A DNA stretch of 64,000 bases from Mobula hypostoma (taxonomy: Eukaryota): assembly GCF_963921235.1 (NCBI RefSeq), contig NC_086108.1, positions 78,432,001 through 78,496,000 of the forward strand, read 5' to 3'. The translations under genes were made by a program, and so were the position numbers. The notes beneath the pieces were generated by a model. That model was given only the letters and a program-made list of their open reading frames with translations, was not told where the DNA came from and made no database searches. Of this stretch, positions 57,390 through 64,000 are shown piece after piece (positions within the stretch are counted from its first letter, which is position 1; every line of letters begins with the position of its first letter).

Positions 57390-59999
57390 GGTTGTAGCAG
57401 ACTTTCACAGTACATCTCCAGAGCAAATTGCTCAGCAGGCTATTTGGATGTCAGAAATGCAGTGAGTCTATTATGGTATAGCTTTGAAATAGATAGCAAT
57501 GCATAGCAATAATCTTTCTTCATTACAACACTTCTACCTATTACACCATTTCTTTAGACTAAATGCTTTTTAAAATGCTATTTTTCAACATGTGTATGGC
57601 ACATCACACTAGTGATAATGGAGGAAGAAGAAAAATTTTTATTGACTAAGCGGTTAAGAACAAATCTTAAGCATAGAAAACATTGGAAACAACTTTATGT
57701 GTTCCTTAGAAGAAGGCTGGTACATTGGAAAGCTTGACAATAGCAAACTTGTATATTTATGATTAGCTTTGCAATCAGAAACTCTTCAGGAATTTTTACT
57801 TAAATTTGTATAGGTTTAAGTAGAATGATAGTCAGCAATAATTTTGCCTGGTTAGAAAATGTGGGCAAAGCTGGACCAAAAGAAAATGAGAAACATATTT
57901 AAGCCATTTGGTCTATGTCTACTCTATCATTCAATAAGATATTGGCTTCTCTTTCATCTTAACTGCTGTTTTCCGGATTCTCTTAATATTCTAGAATTAA
58001 TTAAATATACTTAAGGAGTTGACTTTCACTGTCCTTTCGAATAGAGAATTCCATAAATTCACCAACGTCTTAGTTACAACATCAAAATAAATAATGGATT
58101 GGTCAAACTTAATTTTCCCTTTCATAAATCCTCATGGACTTCGCAAATTCTATTATTATTTTCCAAGTGCCCTGCTAATAATTGATTCTAGAATTTTTCT
58201 GCTACTTGCTACATTAACTGTTTTATGTTTCCCTATTTTCTTTCTTCTCCTTTCTCAAATGCATGGGTTATATTTGTCCCCTTCCAAACTAGGAAATGTT
58301 CTAAAATCTATGGGATTTGGGAAGATGACAACTGCTGTTTCCGTTAGGTACCTCTTTAAAAACCTTGGGATGTTGGCTAGGAGATTCTGTTGATTTACTA
58401 GCATACAGTTCTATTATATTTCCCAATATCTTTTTTTTTCCCTCTAATGGCATTTTCTTTTAGCTTCTGACTCTCTTGACCTACTGAACTCCACTGTTTC
58501 CGGAATGTTTTCTGAATCTTCTGTGAAGGCAGACACAACATGCTTAATTTCCCTGCCATTTCCTTATTCCCCAAAGTATTTTTTTCAGGTTCAGTCTGTA
58601 AGGCATACATATTAACTTGTTCTAATCTGTTCCATCATATCCATTATAATTAATGCTCTAAATTTTTCCCTTCTCTTTGCTTACAGTACTGTGGCCACCC
58701 TGTAGCTGAAATCTGAAATGTTCTCAATCAGCAGGCATTTTCTCTCTTAAGCAACATTATAAAGTTTTCCATTGATCAATTACTGCCTTTCACTTAATAA
58801 AGAAACTTAAAATGCTAGAAATAATCAGCAGGCTTAGCAATCTCTGTGGAGAGATAAATTGAGTCTAAATTTGTCACTTAAGGATAGGGAGGAGGGTGTG
58901 AACCTATTATCACTTGACTTACATGGGCTCGTAGAGAGCTGAGTTTGAGCAAAGCTGGTATTGATGGAGGAAGATATTATCGTTGGATTGAATCTCGGAT
59001 GGAGACTAAAAAGATTATCAGTGTTATTTTTTTCTTATGACTATTAAGCATTTTTACATTATTGCCAAATCTTGATTTTAGCACTAATTGTAGTCAGTTA
59101 CCTTGCAGATCCTTTGAGAATTCTCCAAATAGTTGTTGTAAAATAAATGTTTTTATTATTTTTGTACAAAGGACAAACAAGAATGTCAGTTTCCAGAGAT
59201 AATTCAGCTTCTGATTCATTGTCTTTTGCAAGTTTCCAGCGATTGAGTTAGTCACAGCTCTGGAACGTCCATGGGAGAGGGTGGTGGAGATTTAAGAGTG
59301 ATTCGCTGATTTTATTAATGTCATTGGTCTTTCTTTGCTGGATAACAGGGGCTTGGGGCTCAAATAGTAAGTTTCAATTTTGTGCTGTCAGCAGCCATTC
59401 TTAATAACAATATACCATTTAAACCATCTTGGAACTTCTTTAGCACCCCACTCCAAAGTGTGAAGGGAGAGACCTAAACAGAGTGTTCTTGCTTAAATTC
59501 TGAGAGTTGAAGTTGATTGTAATTTGTTGTTTGTCTGTTATGTTAAAACCTACACTATATTCTGAGAATACTTATTAAATAAGATGATAGCCAAAGGGTT
59601 TACAAAGTGTGCTCATTGGTTTCACTTCTTGCTGGTAATGTTATTTGAGGAGTTCTAGTTAATACATCATTGTACATTTTTGATTGATGGTTTTACAACA
59701 TGCCTGATTAGTTCTTTGTTAGGTTCCCTGTTCAGCTGGAGTTTTGTTTTGCTCTTTTATGCATGACTTTTGAATCAACAGGGTTTTTTTTTCTCTCTGT
59801 TTGATGCTGTCAGTCAACTTGTTGGAATTAAAACTGATCTCTGCAGTTGATTTGGAAACATTGTTGGCTATTAGTTTCAACAGTGCTGGCACTAACAGCA
59901 GCAAATAAATAACACATAACTAAATAGCAATAAAAATAAATAGAAAAAGTGAATCTCATGCTGTTTGAAGTCTTGGGAGAGAATGGTTTCCAATCTCGT

Positions 60000-60260
60000 G
60001 GATGCTACAATAGCATAGCAGTTAGCAAGATGCTATTACAGCTGAAGATGTGGAAGTTCAGAGATCAATCATGGCGTCCTTGGAATTTGTATGTCCTTTC
60101 CGTGGAATGCATGGGTATTTCCCAAAGTCCAAAGACGGTTAAGGAAGGTTAATTGTTCAGTGTAATTTGTTCCATGATTCGGCTAGGGTTAAATCAGGGG
60201 CTGGTGGTGCAGATTGAAGTGCTGAAAGGGATTATTCCTTGCTTTATCACTGAATAACAT
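60000..60260 (+). mobile_element. Decayed tRNA-derived V-SINE-like element (similar copies near 14180-14400, 23230-23480, 35300-35460)
   Basis: Shared body GGAATTTGTATGTCCTTTCCGTG...GGGT...CCCAAAGTCCAAAGACG...GGTTAATTG...GGCTAGGGTTAAA. Confidence 0.6.
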
Positions 60261-62582
60261 TAGAAAATAAAATAAATAAATAAAATCTCCAATTTAAAAT
60301 TATCTATTTTCACGAGAATTCCATATTTACATATATTCCAACAATTCACAAAGTACTGTAAACAACCCAAAAAAAAGTATTTGTAATTTGTTAATGTGCA
60401 CCATGGAATTTTTGGATGTAAAGTTTTGAGTTTACTATTTTGGTTATAAACTAAGAACATCACAATTGTAACCACACTCTGTGTTCACTGTTACATGGTA
60501 ATGTATATGGGACATTTTTTCCTGAAGATCTCTTCCATTCAAAACCTGTACCTCTACAAAGTAAGTTTAGTTCTTTTAATTTTTGCCATAATTTGTTACA
60601 AAATTTCAATTATTGGTTCTAGTATCTGTGCCTTCCAACTCAACTAATACAATAGTGATTCCAGAGAGAAGTGAAGTTTGTACAAAGAAAATGTACATTC
60701 ATAACCATGTAGATGTATTGACCACCTTCAGTCTGTAGCTCATTTTTTGAATATGCTCATGCTATTATTTGCTCTCTGTTAAATATCACTGTTTAGACCA
60801 ATAACATGCTTGATTAGTTTAAAAACAAGTCAAAACTAACTGTCTACATTTGACACAGTCAATCTACTAGCCAGATGTTGGGATTAAATTTTCATTTATA
60901 AAGTCAGTTATTAGAATGACCTCTTCGAATCTTTCCAGTATTTAGTGTTCACTTCCAATCTACAGTAGATAGTTTCTTTAAAAATGTTAATGTTGCATTA
61001 ATTAAATTTCATTTCTGTTTTTGCAGACATTGAATTATATTGGTATAAATTCACTGCCTTGTAATAAAAGCCAAGTACTGATGCTTATGGACTTTCGTGG
61101 TTTATTTATGGCATGGTTTCTGCTGTAGAACATTATGAAACCAAGTGATTCCACAACAAAGCAATCATTTAAAATCAAATTACATAATTTGAGTAGACTC
61201 CATTCCAAACAGTAGTATAAGAGTACTATGAGGCTGAAGTACTTAAAGATATCTTAATCTAGAGTTTCTGAACTGATGACATTTCTTGGCTGAGCCCCCA
61301 ATCGGTACAAAACCCAATTACATTAACTCCATGCTATCAATAACTCTGGTATTTCTGCTGAAGTGCACTAAAATTGTCTTCAAAATTAGTACCCACTATT
61401 CCCCATCCCCATCTTTACTCAAGCTATTCAAACACAGCCCTCACATCAGAGTGACAACATGGGAAGCTACCCTGATATGGCCTTTTCTCAAATTCAGTCT
61501 GCCATTTTCAATCCCATCAGTCTTCTCCATCATCAGCAAAGAAAGATTTTGTCAAGAGTGCTAAAATCAGAAGTGTACTTACATTTCTAGAGTTACTTCA
61601 GCATTTTGTGTGTATTACATTTCTAGATTATTTTTCATGAAGATGGACAGAACCTAGTTTTTGATATTGAATGCTGGTTAATTTACCAAGTTTTTATTTT
61701 AATTTCAGAAATAATATGATAGATTACTTTTTATGATTCATTACAGTAAAGGAGGTAACTTGGACTTCCATAAATCAAGCAAAACATTTATACAGTAAGT
61801 TACAGAATTAATGTTTTTGCAATTGTTTGGAAAAACTAACAAAATAGCTGAATATGAAGTGGCTAAAACATTACTTATGCCCATTACAAAATAAAGGATA
61901 GAAGAATATGCTGAAAAATACAGCAGAGAGTACAATTTGAGTTCATTATTATGTTACTTTATTTGCTGTGTGATCATGCCCAAGGCTACAGAGACTATTT
62001 TGCTGTCAGTTTAATCTGTTAACACATTCATTGGTGCAATTTTGAAAGGAATCTTTCTTGTAATGAGCTGCAGTGAGATGGCAGTCCCTTGACCTGATGG
62101 CTATCATCTTCCAGAGCTACTTCAGAAATATGCAATATAAAATGAATTTAAATAGCAGATTGAATGATAGCTGCCCTGATTCACAATCTAGGTTAGAAGG
62201 TCACATAAGCATGTTGCTATAACAACAGCACTCAAGAACACATGGAATAGATTCATCAGTAAAAAGTTAGACTAAGCACATTAGACTAAGTTCACCCTCT
62301 TGAATCAATGCTAGATCTGTGTGGTACATCCACCGAAAAGCTGCATGAGACCAATATTTTAAATCCCAATTTCTAAAGATCTCAGCAATCTTGTACTATA
62401 AATCTGCGTATCACTACTCTGAAAATCCAAGTTTGTTGCCCTCCTTGCTAAAATTCCAAACCCTTTCTTCTAAGAAATGGCACCTTTCACACTAAATCTT
62501 CAACAGCTTAAAAATGCACACACCGTGGTGTTCCTGAAATGACCTGGTCACTTGTATTCTCCCCTACATTCTCTGTTCTCTA

Positions 62583-63377
62583 TGTTACAAACCCACAGGT
62601 TTCATTTGCTGTGGACTGTCACTTTAAGGGTGCCTAAATGAGGCAGGACTATGATGTTGTTCACCGACTGACTCGCGGCTTGTTTAACTTTAAAACAAAG
62701 ACACAGACAGAGAGAGAGAGAAAGAAGATGACTGGCTGCTGAAACTTCAGCTGGTCACTGCGACGGTTTGAAACTCTTTTAAGCCCAAATATTGGGTTAA
62801 ATACTGGCACACGGTGCACAATGAATGTGGGACTGTCACTTCGTATAATCCAAAGGAGTGGATTTTTCAGGATGTCCTGTGGAGACCACTTATGTGTTCA
62901 CCCTTTCCTGGGTATGTTGTGTGGCAGCCACTTGAAGACAATATCCCTGTGACAGATCACTTTCGGTAATAATTCGTATGTGGATTTGGAACGACACGAT
63001 GGACAAGATCTACAGAGACTGTTATCTCGTTTTCCCATCGTGGAATCTGTGAAATACTTTTGTTTACCTGTGGAATTCGACGTAACCACCTTTTCTCTGT
63101 TTCACCCTGGATTACAAATATCTCTCCCCTATCATACATTTAGTGGATGAACTGAACTTTCCTACTTTACCATCTCAAGACCCTAAGCTTTATTTCCCCA
63201 AGCTCAACTTGGTTCGGGAGCTATATTACACACATAACACTGTTAACATTTGCTTATCTTGGTTAAGTTACGATATTATAAGTAGATACTAATAAGATAG
63301 TGGTTCTAACATTAAAACCCAACTCAGTGTACAATCTTTTGCTGCTGGTTATTTCTAAAATGTTACAGTTTGTAATA
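62583..63377. mobile_element. Probable solo LTR
   Basis: Begins TGTTACAAAC and ends GTTTGTAATA (9/10 inverted terminal match); flanks TCTA / TCTG resemble a 4-bp TSD; no coding capacity. Confidence 0.55.
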
Positions 63378-63819
63378 TCTGCTTTGTAGAAATTTACAAA
63401 ATGGACACTCCTTCTATCTCTTTAAGCTGCACATTTTTGGAAACTGCCCCTGGGAGACTCAGTCAGCTTCCTTCAGAGGCCAGCATGTGATGGCAGCAAA
63501 TTTTAGAAAACTTTACTTCCACTGACCTATTAACTTAGATACATAACCCAGTTGTACAATTATTTCCAGGGTTGTACTATATAATATGTACTTGAAGCTT
63601 TCAAAATCCTGGTACACATTTTTTAAAAAATGTTAAGCCAATGGCTGGCCAGCTCATACCTTTATAACTTATTTATTGAAAACATGTTGTCTCAGAAAGC
63701 ATCCGTTGCAAATACTTTGCATGTTCAAGGCCGTCATGAAAATTTGGTTATCATGTTGAGTACAAAGTGCTTAGTGATTATATTGCTACAAAGTTTACCA
63801 ATGATTTAGAAAACTAAAT

Positions 63820-64000
63820 ATAAAATCTAATCTGGTCAAAGAACACTGAGGCTGTCTACAAGAAGGGTCAGAGCCGTCTCTATTTCCTGAGGAGACTGAG
63901 GTCCTTTAAAATCTGCCGGACGATGCTGAGGATGTTCTACGAGTCTGTGGTGGCCAGTGCTATCATGTTTGCTGTTGTGTGCTGGGGTAGCAGACACCAA
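63820..64000 (+). mobile_element. Rex-Babar LINE RT C-terminal fragment, running off the window end
   Basis: WSKNTEAVYKKGQSRLYFLRRLRSFKICRTMLRMFYESVVASAIMFAVVCWGS. Confidence 0.85.

Noticed and set aside
58086..59148. Polyadenylation site of the VWC gene
   Set aside because: Several AATAAA hexamers (58086, 58796, ~59142) lie in AT-rich or repeat-derived sequence; none can be chosen without transcript data.
1..64000. Prokaryotic systems (CRISPR arrays, operons, retrons, defence islands)
   Set aside because: No regularly spaced repeat-spacer array or dense ORF packing. Spliced genes, CpG depletion and vertebrate TEs show this is eukaryotic DNA, and all RTs belong to LINE, PLE or LTR families.

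Overview
Vertebrate nuclear DNA, AT-rich and dominated by repeats. The repeat families (CR1 LINEs with TTCTATGT tails, Penelope pseudo-LTRs, V-SINE-like elements) suggest a cartilaginous fish; this is inference. Two host genes lie head-to-head about 12 kb apart. On the minus strand is the 5' part of CCDC24: a CpG-island first exon near 31.9 kb and a conserved exon at 22240-22492 ending in a probable GC donor; its later exons were not found. On the plus strand is a complete 3-exon gene (44353-57389, 214 aa) for a secreted, cysteine-rich von Willebrand factor C (brorin/VWC2-family) protein. The rest is mostly nested, decayed transposable elements: hAT, Tigger/pogo, Tc1, Harbinger MITE, an ERV remnant, a Gypsy element with both LTRs, a solo LTR, and CR1, Rex-Babar, RTE, R2-Hero, Penelope and tRNA-SINE elements. 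The most notable non-coding signal is a family of Penelope-derived termini carrying a minimal hammerhead-ribozyme core, several arranged as fold-back insertions with ~13-bp target-site duplications. No prokaryotic system or CRISPR array is visible. All family calls come from motif recognition by eye, not database searches.
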